The translations under genes and the position numbers were made by a program. A stretch of 62,902 nucleotides of DNA, the filler included, from Choristocarpus tenellus KU-1152 (lineage: Eukaryota; Protista; Phaeophyceae): assembly GCA_964200185.2 (NCBI GenBank). It is 7 parts of 7 records of this genome, joined end to end, with 100 filler letters (N's around TTAATTAATTAA, not from the genome) between each part and the next. Parts side by side here need not be neighbours in the genome. Positions count along the whole stretch, not along the records: positions 1 to 16,780 come from CAXNAD020000773.1; 6 more parts are not named here. One strand, given 5' to 3'. Of the stretch, positions 1 to 13,441 are shown one piece after another; position 1 is the first letter of the stretch; each line of letters begins with the position of its first letter. The notes under the pieces were generated by a model. That model had not been told where the DNA came from and did not search any database. It saw only the letters and a program-made list of their open reading frames with translations.

Positions 1-1317
1 CCCTCAAAAACCACCCCCTCCACCCCCCAGATACTTTGACCCAGTTAACCGACTAGTTGAAGGTGTGGACTATGATACCACTTATTATTCTTAATTTACA
101 CAAATTGTTGCAATTAATTGTAATTGCTATTATTCAAAGCCTTTCAAATAGGGTTTGTTTGGAGTCTCGTAAGTCCTTCCTCTTTGGGAGAGGCAACCAG
201 GGGGGCTCGTGGTATGAGCTAAAGCTATAGTGATGCTTGGGCTGTGTTTTAAGCGAGCTTATTTTGAACGAGATGAGGAGATGAGATAGGTATCCCGATA
301 AATTAGAAGGGAAAAATCAGTGTGCCACAGAGCCCTCCCAATCCACAACCTACTTCAAAATTGAAAATTAGATTCTCATTGCATTGAATCATTTCATTAT
401 ACCAAATGCGTTGTCCTTTTTTATTGATATTAGACACAAGATTAAATAGGTATCGCAACTTTTTCCTTCGGATTTCTTGAAATTTATACTTCGGAGAATA
501 TTTTTTTGCCCTCTGAAATTTTGCACATGTGTCAGGGGGAAAAGCCTAACCAATATCACAAGGAACCTTGAAAAAGAAACAGTTGTCGAAAATATGAATT
601 TGGAGTATCATCTCCAAATCTAAAAAAAAAAACTTTGTTGAAACCTAGCCGCACTACGAAAGTAGGTGAATGTTCTGAATCAATACTGGTATAGGGGGTA
701 TGTAGTATAGTATATGCGCAGACCCGTCCAGAATACAATATGCGACCAGCTTCTTTGATTTACAAAATTACGGTTGCTGTTGTGTCTTTAGAGTAGATAA
801 GTTAGATGAAGAAAGCTTTTATTTTGGGACGGTTGATGTGGTGGAAGTTCTTTTTAATCTCACTCTCTTGTTCATGTCTGTCCGTGTTTATCTTGTTTTA
901 TATTGATTTGGACTGCTACACGTTAAATCAAGTGATCCATAAGTTCTGTGCCATTTGTCTAATGTGACTAGTAAAGCACTCAGATCCCTACATCCTCCCT
1001 ATCAACATGCCTACGGTTGAGAAATTTTCTCCATCACTCTGTCTTGAGCTTTTCACTAGTGAGTTCACAGCATCTCAAATGACAGTGGCTGGACTCTCAA
1101 AATATCGAGGGATAGGCACATCATGGCAAGCTGGCTTGGTCTATGTCATTGTGTTAAAATTATCTATACCCCTCTCCAACACGCACGTGAGGTGCTTTCT
1201 ATTTTATGCTTCCAAGCAGTTTGTTCGTGCCCTAATGCCTGTAATCTGACAGTAAGACGATTGCTGTATATAAAATTTCGCATCAACATTTTTTGCTTTT
1301 TTTTTTTTCACGATCAG

Positions 1318-4300
1318 CACCTGCTGATAGGCACTGATGACATCATCTCGGTAGGTCAGGATGAGCTTTCCACACTTCACAGGTTGCTCAGGACCATGGA
1401 GACTGGACCAATAAAGGTGCACATGCATGTGCTTTATTTTCTATTTGATATTTGGGAGTATTATGTGTACTTTGCCTGTAACCCTGGTCATGTGAGAAGT
1501 AAACATTGTGGCATCGATTGTTTTGAGGAGATTATATTTTCTGGGACTTCCACCCTTGCTGGTGCTCAGAGCACCAACAAGACTTCCTGATAGCTGCGCC
1601 AATCGCATGTATATATGTTCACAGCCTTTTGTAAGAGGATGTTCTACTGTACAATATCTCAAGTGGGCATTTTTGGGTGTGGGAGTAGGAATTGTGCTTT
1701 TGTTGCTTCGACTTTCGAGTAAAAGTATCTTAGAGGGTACGAATTTATCCCTGTTTGTCCATTTGGGGCTTTGCTTCCCACGGGTTTTTGACGACATTTT
1801 ACCTGCTCCAAAATGTTTCGGAGTAGGTAAAATGTGTATCTTATGAAAGAAGTGTCCAGAAAAAGGATATTGACATTTCCTAACGAGCATGATAGTCAAA
1901 ATTACATCAAAATTGTAACATTGGATTTTGATCACCAAATGGACGCGGCTTTACCCTCTAAGATACTTTGATTCTTTCCCATTCAATAGATGAATCGTTT
2001 TCTAACAATATGTTCCACACCAAAAAGCACGTTTCTTTTTGTTGGTCTGATTGAAATATAGCTCTGGACCAAAGCATCTGGGGGGAGGGTGGCGACTGTC
2101 CATTGAGGGCCCATTTCCAATGTTGCGATTTTGGGGTTATTTTGGTTGCATGCGTCGGATGGATAATGTAAGTGCACTTCTCCTGATGAGAACCCGAATG
2201 GACACCCTGGTGTAGAGCCCCCCTCCCTAGATACTTTGAGCCTCTAATTTTTATGTTCAAATAGGGCATGGTGATGTTCCTGATGGGTGTAGCCCTGTTC
2301 AAGGAAGGAGCTGCAGCTTTCTCTAACAAGGGGGACCATACCAAGTGTCTGTCCAACATGGTGGACTGCAAACCCTACCTGGAGGAGGCACTGCGCCTTG
2401 TGTCAGCAGATGAGGTACAATGGGTGAATCCCCCAATTGCAATCGTTATTGAACCTGGGGGAACCATATTTTCAGTTAATTAAGTCGTATACTTCGGGAA
2501 CGTTTTTCCCGCTGAGACCTTCTCTGCAATTGTAGAGGTTGGTTGGTTTCGATGAAATGGTGTGTTTGTCATCATGATACTCAGGCACACTACGCGTACT
2601 ATTTTATCTTGTTTGCTCTGGAAAATATATTTTCTGAGGATAAGAAACGTTACTATTGGAAATATATAGAGCTCGACAGTTAACGTGTTTTCCGAAGTAT
2701 AGACTGACTGCACATGTTTTGAGTACAACTAAGGTGTCTTTCAAGCAAGATCCCGTTCTTCTGAGTGCGTTGGCTTTGACATCCCACCTGATGAGAAAAT
2801 CCTGTGGAAAATAATCATGCTCGTTTAGTGTATAATATGTCCTTACATTGGAGGGAGTTACCCAGGGTGACAGGGCAAGTCTCCCATACCTGAACCATCT
2901 GATTTGCGGATTATAATAATAGGTGTCTGGTCAATAGTCTCTAGATCAACATGCCTCTATTCAGACAAATGGATGCATAATTCTGATGGCAATAATAGAT
3001 AAGCATACTAATGTGTCCCCACTTCATCAGGTGAGTGAAGAGTCTGGCTGGGTTCACTAGCTCACCAAATGACTCCCTTCCTGATAGGTTCTCCAAGTAT
3101 TGATAAACCATACAGAACAACGACTTTCGTGGACTCTATCCTTCATAATTCAGAATGATGTACAATGGTATGTAGTTTGCACAAAACACAAAGTATTTTC
3201 AACAGTTTAACCCCAGAGCATTTCAGTACGTGCTTCGTACCGAAACTCTTTGTGCTCCCTCACCTAATACATTGAACGTTGTATAGTACCTCATGTCTAA
3301 CGAGTGGGAGGGGGATGTACAGGATTATGATTGTCCTTTTTGTATTGTTTTTCTTGGTCACAGGAGTCCCATGATCTGATTGATCGTATCAACGAGACAG
3401 TGGAGCAGGTGTACACGCAGCAATGCCTCTGCGAGTCTCATCAGGCTTGCAAAGAAGGAGACCGCCTGCTGGATTCTCAATTCCATGTAAAGAAATGCTG
3501 ATGGGGGAGGTCAGAGGATAGAAGGGTGGGGTAGGAATCTTTCTTATTAAGTGTGATTAGGGTCAGTTTCATATTTTGGGAACATCTATTGTATATGGTT
3601 CACTGACTGTTGACTGACCTGCTTTCACCTTGGGTAAGTAATGAAGGAAAATACATACTCCTTTGTTGCAGCATCTACAACTGCTTCAAGAAGGAGAGGT
3701 GGGTGGGTGAAAAGCAGAAAATCAGTCGTTAGCACCTTCCTTCTTCTCCACTCAACCATGCCTTTGTTTAAGCCAAAACAAAAGAGTACTTCGTATTCAA
3801 ACTCAAAATGAAACACACTTTGTGTGAGCACCTCAAGGTATCCTGTGACGAGCTATTAGTTGAGAGAACTTTTCCCACCCCTGTCAGTGCCCATACAATG
3901 AAGTTCTGAATCCATGAAACCATCTTGCAATGGATTATCTTGCAGTGGAAGATATCAACTGCTCATTCCACACGAGCATACATAAACAAGGATCCCGTCA
4001 TTCTTGAATGAGTCAACTCTCCCGCACATGATTCTTGCTCTTCTTTTTTTATTTGCGAACAAAAAGGACAACGAGAATGTGAATATGGATATGATATGGA
4101 CCATTGTGGACATGTATCGTCAAGCGGTGTTGCTGGCCCGGGAGCGCTGTCTGAAGTCAGAGGCGGTGGCCCACGGGCGGCTTGGTATACTCTACCACGA
4201 GGTAAGGAATAACACCTTCTGTTGAGGAAGAAAGGAATTAATGAGGCAGATTAGAGGGCGTGGTGGACAATATCATCAGGTTAATTTGGGGGATTGAGAT

Positions 4301-7300
4301 GGTGAAAAGAATGGAAACAGATGCCTTGTAAGGGCTGTTCCAAGGAAGGTAAGCAATGGTCATATTCCTGAGAAGAATGGAAAAGAAGTGTGTTGTATTG
4401 TTCTTTCCAACACACTTACTACTACTGTCTGATTGTAGTGTAGTAGAGTAGGTAATTGTTCCCGCCGAGCAGTCAAATTTCTGGTGTAGAGCTTTCGAAC
4501 AGGTCTCAACGAAAGGCCATGTCAGACCCCTTCATTCTTCATTGGTGCCTCAGTACTACAGTCTGGAATTCGATGACAGTATTGTGACAGTAACAAATTA
4601 GTAGAAGTAATGTGTCTCCTACTGCCTAGATGAGCTGTGCTCAGAGCGAATGGTGAGAAAGTAGACCTAGTCATGAGTAGCACTACTCTCGTCAAGAGGA
4701 TCATTATCAGTCAACTGGTGGAGGCGTGGGCCTCACTGAGGGCTAGGGAGGTAAATGGACGGACTGCTTTTGGTCGTAGACACTTCATTTAACCTTGGAA
4801 GCTCCTTGTGCTAACACTGAGAAAACAGACCCTAACCGACAGAACTCTTTATGTCCTGACCAAGTCCCTCTCATGCAACCAAACAAACCTATAACTAGCC
4901 CTGAAACAACCAATAGTACATCTCTCATTCGTCATCCTAACTGTACGACCAACATACACTTCGACGTAAGCGTCTTTGAACACATTCGAAATCCGACACA
5001 TGCAAACATCGAAACTCCTAACCAAGCCGAAATAAGTGGTGGCATATATTCCCATTCCTATTGCATACGCAAGGACAGAAGGGAACCTAACCAACAGTCT
5101 TCTTTTTTTGCCCACATTTCCAATCTGACACGTGCAACCAAATCACACCAAAAAGTGAAAATCGAAAAGAGCCAGAGAGTCTTAGAGGATGGAGCCGCGT
5201 CCATTTGGGGACCAAAATCCAATGTTGTGATTTCGATGTAATTTTGGCTATCATGTTTGTTAGGAAATGTCGATATACTTTTTCTGGACACCTTTTCATG
5301 TATACATTTTACCAAAATATTTCGGCGTAGGTAAAATATGTATGTTTTGAAAAGGTGTGTATGGAGCAAGGATATTGGCACTTCCTAACAAAACACGATA
5401 GCCAAAAATACATCAAAATCGCAACATTTGATTTTGACCTCCAAATGGACACGGCTTCACACTCTAAGATACTTTGGTTCTTGAGGCATATTCCAGGTTA
5501 GGTTTTTCATTTATTAGCTTGCATGAGTCGTGTCTGATATGTATACAAAGAGGACTGCCAGTTAGGGCCTGTTGTCCCGGTGTGTGCACAAGGAATTAAA
5601 AAATAATCCATGTACTGCTTTAAATATAGCAAAAGGTTTATTTGCTTGTATGTGTCGGATTTAGTATGTACACCAACAGGGTTGTCGCTCAGGGTGTTAG
5701 GGTTAAAGTTGTTGACATGAAGGAAGGGAAAGGGGTCAGGTTCACTTTCGGGTTAGTGAAGTGTTTCTTTGCTGTAAGTGTATGATTGTCCAAGATTTGA
5801 AGGAGGACGAGATCGACCCTCGTTTGTTGACACTTGGACAAAGCATGAGATGGTTCATAGGGTATTGAGAAGCAGGGGGGAGGTAGGTAGTAGGGTTCAC
5901 GGAATAATTAGCGGCTGGTAAGAATACAACGTATCCATCACAGGCCTTGGCGAATTGACTGGAAACTTAGTGGAAAAGATGGAAAAGAGTTGTTTAATAT
6001 ATGTTTTATATTTTAGTAGTCTGAATCTTGCATTGGACACTCTCTGATAAGTAAATAAGAAAACAGGTCTAATCCTCAAGATGAGTATCATGTATGATAC
6101 ACTGACACCTCTGACTGGTAGCAATGTATCGGATACCACTGTGTAAATGCATAACCCATCGAATGAAAACTGTATGAACATGGTAGTCGGACACTAAGGC
6201 AAGGTACACTGATGCACTCCAAAGACACAAGTAACTCGATCTGTACTTCAACGAAAAAAAGTAAACGACTGAAGCCATATTTCAATTGGTGGGTGGAGTC
6301 GAAATTACATTCCTCATCCTTCTCCCACCACTCTACAAGCTTCGGGTATGCCTCGGGTAGAAGGTGCCAGATATTTAAGCGCGTGGAGTACCTATCGTTC
6401 CACGGTTTGAGCTTCAAGAGGCTCATGAAGATGGCCTTCCTTTCATGGAGTGTTTTCACATGCTCCGGACACAACGTGCTGACGGGCTTCCCTCCACGAT
6501 CGCTGAGGTTTAGCTGTGTGGGCTCATCCCCGAATACAAGAATTTTGGCCGCTCTGCCGAAATTTAGGAGCCTGAACCCATGGTCATTCGGATGGGTGGA
6601 TTAAGTACTTGGTGCAAGCCTGATAAATGACTTTGGATAGTGCTTAGCGGGCAAGGTGGAGATGACCCGGATCCAAGCTGAAGGAGGACGTGGTGTTCAA
6701 TAAGTCTAATAGTGTTTGCCCATATTTACCAGAGGTGACATGTAGAAGGTGAAGAACAAGTGCAGAGGTAAAGATCCACCGTTTCCTCCCCCCATCGTAC
6801 CCTCTCGTTTTCGAAATAAATGATCCCCCATGACCCTTCGTGGACTCCCCTCCCCTGCCAACTTGAATTTGCACTTGTTGAGATAAGGTACTGCATCTAT
6901 ACTCATCTGCCAGGAAGTGTTTGGATATGGCAGTGAATCTGACGAATGCACTACTCCCCAAAGATCTGACAGGTTTGGTCCTTGCATTATACTATCCAAT
7001 CTGTATGGAATTAGTCGTTTGTTTCCTTCTGGGTATATAATAATATGTTGTGTGTATCATTGCTGTTTTTCTTGGAATAGTATTGCATGCTTTGATGAGT
7101 GCATGTTTGTAATCATACAACAGACGGGTTGAAAATTCCACCTTGAAGTATATTGCCGTTATTCTATTTTCTGTTATTACTAATGACATTTGAGGATTTT
7201 GATTTGCTTTTTCTTCATGTATGGAAGAACTATATTGTTAATAATACCGTACCATTTTCTTACATGGGGGGAAACAAGCGACAAGTTCAATCACTCCACT

Positions 7301-10300
7301 GGTGTAGCTGAGCGGCAGGCGAGTGACAAGAGGTGGACTACACCCGAAACCAAGCTGTCAATTGCACAGAGACCCTTGCAGTCGGAGGTTTGGATATAAG
7401 TGTTTCTTGGGGGGTAAAATGGGCTTGCACTGTCAGCGATTTCTTCCAATCAAATTTCCTCTAGCTCAAGACGCTCTCCTCGGCGGTTAGTAGATCAGAG
7501 ATGCGTACCGTGGTTAAATATTTCTTCATGTTGTGTTCATGCTTCAATACCCATTTCTTTTTTGCCACCCCTCTTTGTAGAATTGCCGATTGGAGTGGAC
7601 AAAGATGCTGTGTTGGTCAATTATATTTACAACGACAAAACAAAAAATATAAATATCTTGCTACAGCAAAATAGTTGAGTAGTACTTGAAGTATCTACCA
7701 ATTTAGCATTTGTTGCTAAGCCACCCCCACTGCGGTCTTTCCAAGGGGAACTCCAAGCCAGGTTGGGATCGGATGTGAGCATGTGAGACTCCCTCTTGTC
7801 AACATGTAGACGCCCAGAGTAATCCTGTACATACAGACGTTTCGAAACATTCCCAAATCCTATACCCTTGCAGTTTGGAAATTCTAGAAACATTAATTCT
7901 CCTACGGGAGGATTCCTTTGTGGAATGCACCGTATAACACGAAATCTGATTTTATTCCGTCACATGTAATGTAATACAACAACCCCCCCCGAACAAGTCT
8001 GTAGAACACCTCTCAAGACGACCACATTGCAGTTTATGTGTTTGACCATTCTCTGTGTTTGGTTCCCAAATGTGTGCACCACACAGTATATTTTGTTGAT
8101 TGTGCTTCATTGTACACATAATGATCCTTGTGTGTCTGCCGTTGCCGATACAACGACAATGAGAAGAAGACCTCGAATATTCCGATTACTATGTCCAACA
8201 ACCCAAATCTACGATACCTTGCTTTCATGTAACCTAGATATAATGATTTTTTGATGATTGTTATACAAAGGAGGTATGCGGTAGATTGGGCTAGTGCCAT
8301 ATAAGCTACTCCTATGAACCTGTGGAGCAGGTTATTATTACAAAAGTATTTGAGTGCCATTTTCGTGGGTGATAGTCTATGGTAAGGTTAGAGTCAGGAT
8401 CAGTGTTCGTGATGAACAAAATCGAGCTGTCATTTTTGTTTTTATATTGTGAGTGATTTATCCCAATAATACACATGTAAGTATACTGGGTTACTATGCA
8501 CAGGCTCCATTTTCTGCAACAACGCCAACAATGCACCTTGAAATCTCCGATACACTCATCAACGCAACTCCATGATGCCTTGATGAGCCACTTTATAGGA
8601 GAGGATTGGTACACTGAGGCGACGGGGATACTTGAGCAGTATGCTAAGGAGGACAGGGCTGCGTCAGAGAAAGAGAGAGCTGCCAAAGAAGAGAAGGAAA
8701 AAGAGGTACTTCAGAAAATCAAAGAGCAGACAAAACCTATTGATGCCATCATGCAGGAAGGAGATGATAATGTTACGAAGATCAGGTGAGCTGGATGTGT
8801 GTGTATTGTGTACAAAGTCACATGTCTGTAAATGTAAATAATGTACTGTACGAGGTAGATGGATAGGGGAGGTAAATAGAGGTGGGTTTTTCTTGTTCAT
8901 ATATATTGGGATGTTTATTTTGCCCCCCTTCGATTTTGTAAAGCATTTTTTTTTCACATAGCTATGAGTTTGTTTATTGTGTATCGATTATGTCCTTCTC
9001 AACTCTTCTCATGTTTCCGCACAGATGCTAACAGACACACTGAACAATACCATTTTGCAGTCCACACTCATCTTGATATATTTTTACATATTGTGCATGG
9101 GTGTATGTGCTGTAGTGTTCACATAGTTTATTGAGTTCCTAGAGAGTTATTTTGACTAAATAATGTTGTGTGCTCTTTTGGAAGGAAGAGAGCATTATTT
9201 TCAGAGTTTTTGCAGTAGTGGCTGAACGCAGTCTTATCCAGGAACCTACACAAGCAGGCTGATATCAACATTTCTTTACAATCAACTCTTGACCAAGTAG
9301 CAACGCCCACAATGTAACATCAAGCATCTATACTCCTTACAGCACTTCCAACCAATCCGAGAAACTACCTGTCCAAACACATTCCTCCCTTGTCCTGCTT
9401 GATATCAAATCTTCCCTAACCCTCACCCTCACTTCCCACTAAATATGTACTCTGTACCTTAGAAAATTGCTGGTCCACATCTACAAGGCGCACCAACCAA
9501 GGTGCAAAACACACCGTCTGGGCGAGATGAAACCAGATATGCTCAGAAAAACTCTAGTCAAGGTATCTCCTCCCCCCTCTCCCCACCTCTCCGACTAGTA
9601 TTGATGGTACCCCTAGCTCTAGCCCCTGCTGGGAACCTTTAAGTTTAGTCTGTTGAGTTCTCCTCTACGCAACGAGTCAAAGTATCTTAGAGGGTAGAGC
9701 CGTTTCCATTTGGGGATCAAAATCCAATGTTGCGATTTTGATGTAATTTTGGCTATCGTGTTTGTTAGGAAGTGTCAATATCTATGTTTGGGACATACCT
9801 TTTCGTAACATACTCATTTTACCTACTCCTGAACATTATTTTGGAGTAGGAAAATATCATAAAAAAACCCATGGGAAGCCAAGCCCGAAATGGACAAACA
9901 GGGCAAAACTCGTACCCTCTAAGATACTTTCACTCCAATTCTTGTACTAGATGGACGTTTCTAAGGATAAATAATAAATATTTCAATTAGGATGTTCTAT
10001 TCCCCAATCCACACCACGCTTCTATTAATAGGTATATCCCTGATCTGACGGGGGGGGGGAGGGGGTATGGGGAACATGTGCAGGGGAAGAGACGATATTG
10101 TTGTGTTAATGTTTTTTTGTACATCTTTTCACCATTTCTGTCCAACAATTTTAGCAAGCGATTTCTTTATTTTCTAGTTTCATTTATGGTAAGTTCGGAC
10201 GTTACGACTTCATTGAGGAGGTCTAGTCTTGAGGGGTTACATACTATTTTCTCTTCTTTATGGTGGCGAAAACATTGTGTGGCCGTGATCACTACACTCA

Positions 10301-11498
10301 TTTGTACTGGAGAGAGGAGAAATACCTGTCTCTTTCATCTCTGCAACAAGTCCAGTAATGAGGAATCAATTTGTGATGGGGGAGAAGAGGTGTATTAAGT
10401 TCAAACTATCATAGATAAATGCACTTAATCCTGGTGAGGCATCCAGGTACTTGAAAACACGGCAGTCTTGAGAGGGTGCAGAGTCCCTTACTCAATACAA
10501 TTCTCCTTTCTCCGGTCTAAAGTAGGGGGGGAGGTTGGGCGGAAGGGGTAACCCGAGGTGAAAAAGGCTATATGTACACATGTGCCTGAAGAGAAGTGTT
10601 TGAGCTGTTTGCTTAGTCACTAATTCTGTTCTCCCTTTCGAATGTGCATTTTCATATTGCCTGTTGTTCATTGACTGGAGGCAATCATGCATTACCATGT
10701 CGACAAACAGCAGCGATATTGCCCTCGAAAGACAACAGAGAAGGAGACTCAGAGGGTAGAAGGGAGTGTGGAGTCTGACGATGCAGGCAATACTGAGGGT
10801 GATGGGGAGGAGGAGGAAGGTGTGGAATCGAATGGCCATGCTAATGACAACAATGTGAGGGTCTGAGGTTGATGGTGGAGTTGACAGTGATGATGATGGC
10901 AGTGAAGGCTACTGGTTATATTTGAACAGCGTTGATATATTGACTCTGCTCTTGAACCCGGAGAAAGGGGTGGAGAATGGGGGCCTGTCTGTGCATTTTC
11001 TTGGAATAATTGTTGTCGCTTGCGTCCATTTTAAAGTATTTGAGTAAGTGAGGAGGAAACATCAAAATATCACTTGGGTCCAAAGAGCGGCGGGCAAGGC
11101 AAGGCAGGGCAGGGCAGGGAGGTTTGAAGCCAATGAGAGGAGGCTGGTGGGAAAAGGTCTTACTGATTTTGCAAATAGTTCAACTTTGAACTTCTTGTTA
11201 CGGAACGAGGATTGCTTTATTGCACACGCGTTTGTGCTGTTCAGTGCACGTTTGATGTATCTTATATATAGATATTGTGCTATCTCTCGTCTCTATCCAT
11301 CAGTAGAACCCTGCATCTCATCTCTGACTTGCCTCCCTACATCTGCTCTTGCGGTTCCTATTGTCTCCATAACTCCATGTAAAGATTTTTGCTGACATGG
11401 AAAGCTTTACCAAGTGGGAAGTCCTCTGCGGTGTGATCGTCCGCCACCTGAACTTTCTGTACGAGCACACCTACAAGGGGGACTTGACCTCCTCCTAA
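1318..11498 (+). CDS. TPR-like helical protein with C-terminal J-domain-like module (5'-partial; one internal exon not located)
   Basis: Exons bounded by AG/GT with open frames: 1318-1416, 2265-2414, 3364-3486, 4067-4201, [gap], 8599-8785 (alternative acceptor 8504), 9463-9562, 10681-10854, 11385-11498 (TAA). Translation includes DMIWTIVDMYRQAVLLARERCLKSEAVAHGRLGILYHE (TPR-like), EDWYTEATGILEQYAKE, LLVHIYKAHQP and LRKTLVKAIMHYHVDKQ...KWEVLCGVIVRHLNFLYE (J-like helices II/III). Confidence 0.75.
1717..1974. mobile_element. MITE family A (~255 bp; TIR AAAGTATCTTAGAGGGTA)
   Basis: Inverted ends GAGTAAAAGTATCTTAGAGGGTA...TACCCTCTAAGATACTTTGATTC flanked by a 4-bp direct repeat TTTC (1713-1716, 1975-1978). 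Five more copies in the window. Confidence 0.88.
2066..2242. mobile_element. MITE family B, short form (TIR CAAAGTATCTG-G tract), reverse orientation
   Basis: GGACCAAAGCATCTGGGGGG...CCCTAGATACTTTGAGCC flanked by TCT/TCT. Confidence 0.8.
5169..5480. mobile_element. MITE family A, palindromic variant made of two right halves
   Basis: 5169-~5310 is the reverse complement of the family A right half and ~5330-5480 is the same half in direct orientation. Confidence 0.75.
6088..6999 (-). pseudogene. Interrupted intronless reading frame of unknown origin, antisense within an intron
   Basis: ORFs 6706-6999 and 6088-6474 are in the same frame; only three stops (6706-6708, 6697-6699, 6601-6603) interrupt ~300 codons. 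Confidence 0.4.
9674..9935. mobile_element. MITE family A (reverse orientation)
   Basis: GAGTCAAAGTATCTTAGAGGGTA...TACCCTCTAAGATACTTTCACTC; flanks CAAC/CAAT. Confidence 0.88.
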
Positions 11499-12339
11499 CC
11501 GTGGTGTTAACTGGTCTCACATATGAAGAAGAAACAACAAGAATATATTGTCGGTCGTGGAAAGTTTACAGGTTTTGGTAATACCAGAAATAATACTTGA
11601 ATTTTTTTTTGACATCTTACTCGTTGTGGTTGTTACATATATATATATATATAATGTACGTCTGACTGAACTGTGAGTGATATGCCGTATCTTAGGTGTT
11701 AAAGTGAAGTTGGTACTTGCTTGTTGCAGAACAGCCTTCTTCTGTTGGGTTGGTGTGGTGAGAATGTGATGGGGCTGTTGTTTTTGAGAAGTGACTACTA
11801 TTGTTATACTGTGTTGCGGGTACAGGGGTCTCATGTATCTACCACCTTGTGCGTGGAAGTGTGAATGAGTGATTATTGCACGCCATGACAGTATTTTCTG
11901 GCAAGTTCAGTCTCTACCAGGTCATGTTAAGTCTGTTCTACCCCTCCGCTGGACCAAGTGAGTTTCCCAAGAACTCATCTCTCCAGATGGATAGAGTACT
12001 TTGGAGTATTGGGGATGCTGGGATACGCCTGTAGGTAGTAGTGACACATAGGTGGTGGTGGTGATGCTTGAGGACTGAGGCAATGAGGAGAGTCCATGTT
12101 AATAATAAAAAGAAAATATACTCTTAGTACAGTTTCTACCCTTGCTGTCGTTGGGGTTTACGTATCACTACTACATACACATATTTGTGTGTATGCCTGT
12201 ATTTTGAGTGTGATGTGTGTTATGGATGGTGACATACACGTACACTTCAAAGTACAACAATCTTTCTTACGTAATGATATACACACTCTCCTCCTGTCAG
12301 TTTCATTGATAGATAAAGTAAGTAGCGAGATAATTGTCA

Positions 12340-12660
12340 GTGGGGAGAGAGAGGCATCACAACATACCTTTCAAGAAGTAATATTTTTTCCAGGGCCTTT
12401 TCTTGATGACTTCACTCTTGCCCTGCAGAGAAGTAGACAGATACCAAGTGATTTTGGACGTACATGTAATATTTGGGAGTATGTTGTATATTATGTGCAG
12501 CACATATGACGAGTGTGTGGATATTTCCTTGGAGCTAAATCCTTGCATATTGATCGTTGAAACATACCACATTTTTCACAATCGATCTAATGACATAGAG
12601 CTATCAATACTTGCATTAAAACATGCTTGGGAAGTTGTAAAAACTGATGCTAAGTCCATC
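12340..12660 (-). pseudogene. Possible decayed F-box/LRR gene fragment
   Basis: The minus frame reads QFLQLPKHVLMQVLIALCH*... (F-box-like) then YSQI; it shares the plus-strand block ATATTTGGGAGTAT with 1448-1461. Confidence 0.3.
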
Positions 12661-13441
12661 AAGCGTATGCCGTTCAATCTACACTCAGAAATGTAAGGGG
12701 TCGGAGAGCCGCAATGAATGATTGAACGTAAACGATCGAATCAACTTGCACAGCGCTTTGGTCGAAACCACCACCACTTCGTCACACACACACACTCACT
12801 AACAAAAAGGTTGTCCAATTGGTAATATAAGGGATTATAGTGGTTTATTTATTCGGCTGCACGTTATGACTGCCTGGTGGTAGAAACTGTCAACGACATG
12901 GTGAGTTTAGTTTGTACTATTACCTGCAAACTAATATCATCGTTGTTGGAACTTGGGATTTAATTAATCGTGCTCTGTGGTACAATGACAGGTTGGTTAT
13001 GGTTAAGGAATGTCATAGTGCAGTGAAGCACCGATGAGTTCGTGCAGGTGAACCTTGTGATAGTTCTTTGTACAGTCAGAGGTTATTTGGTACAGCGATG
13101 TTGGGTATTCCTTGGTACATTCAAAGAGAGAGATTCACGCTCTGTATTAGAGGCTTGCCACCATGTGAAGTTTTTTGTGGATGTTTTAACTCTGAATATA
13201 GAGCATCCAGTTATTTATCAGGTACACATAGCGCAGAGTGAGCTCTTTATCTATGTGGGGGCAAGTCCAACCAGAAAAAGAGAACAAACGATATTCTCGG
13301 AGTATGATATATAATTGGTAGTTCTGTTGCTAAGAAAAAAAACTCGAAACAATATCTGGGACACCTCATGTGGCACATACTATGCTTGTATGTTTGATGG
13401 ATGTTGACTGTTCCATACTTGCTATGAACCATGCAGCTGTA

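Noticed and set aside
1441-1938. Recurring ORFs with GKPSPKWTNR…PSKI or PPPRYFEP motifs as a protein family
   Set aside because: They are incidental translations of MITE families A and B.
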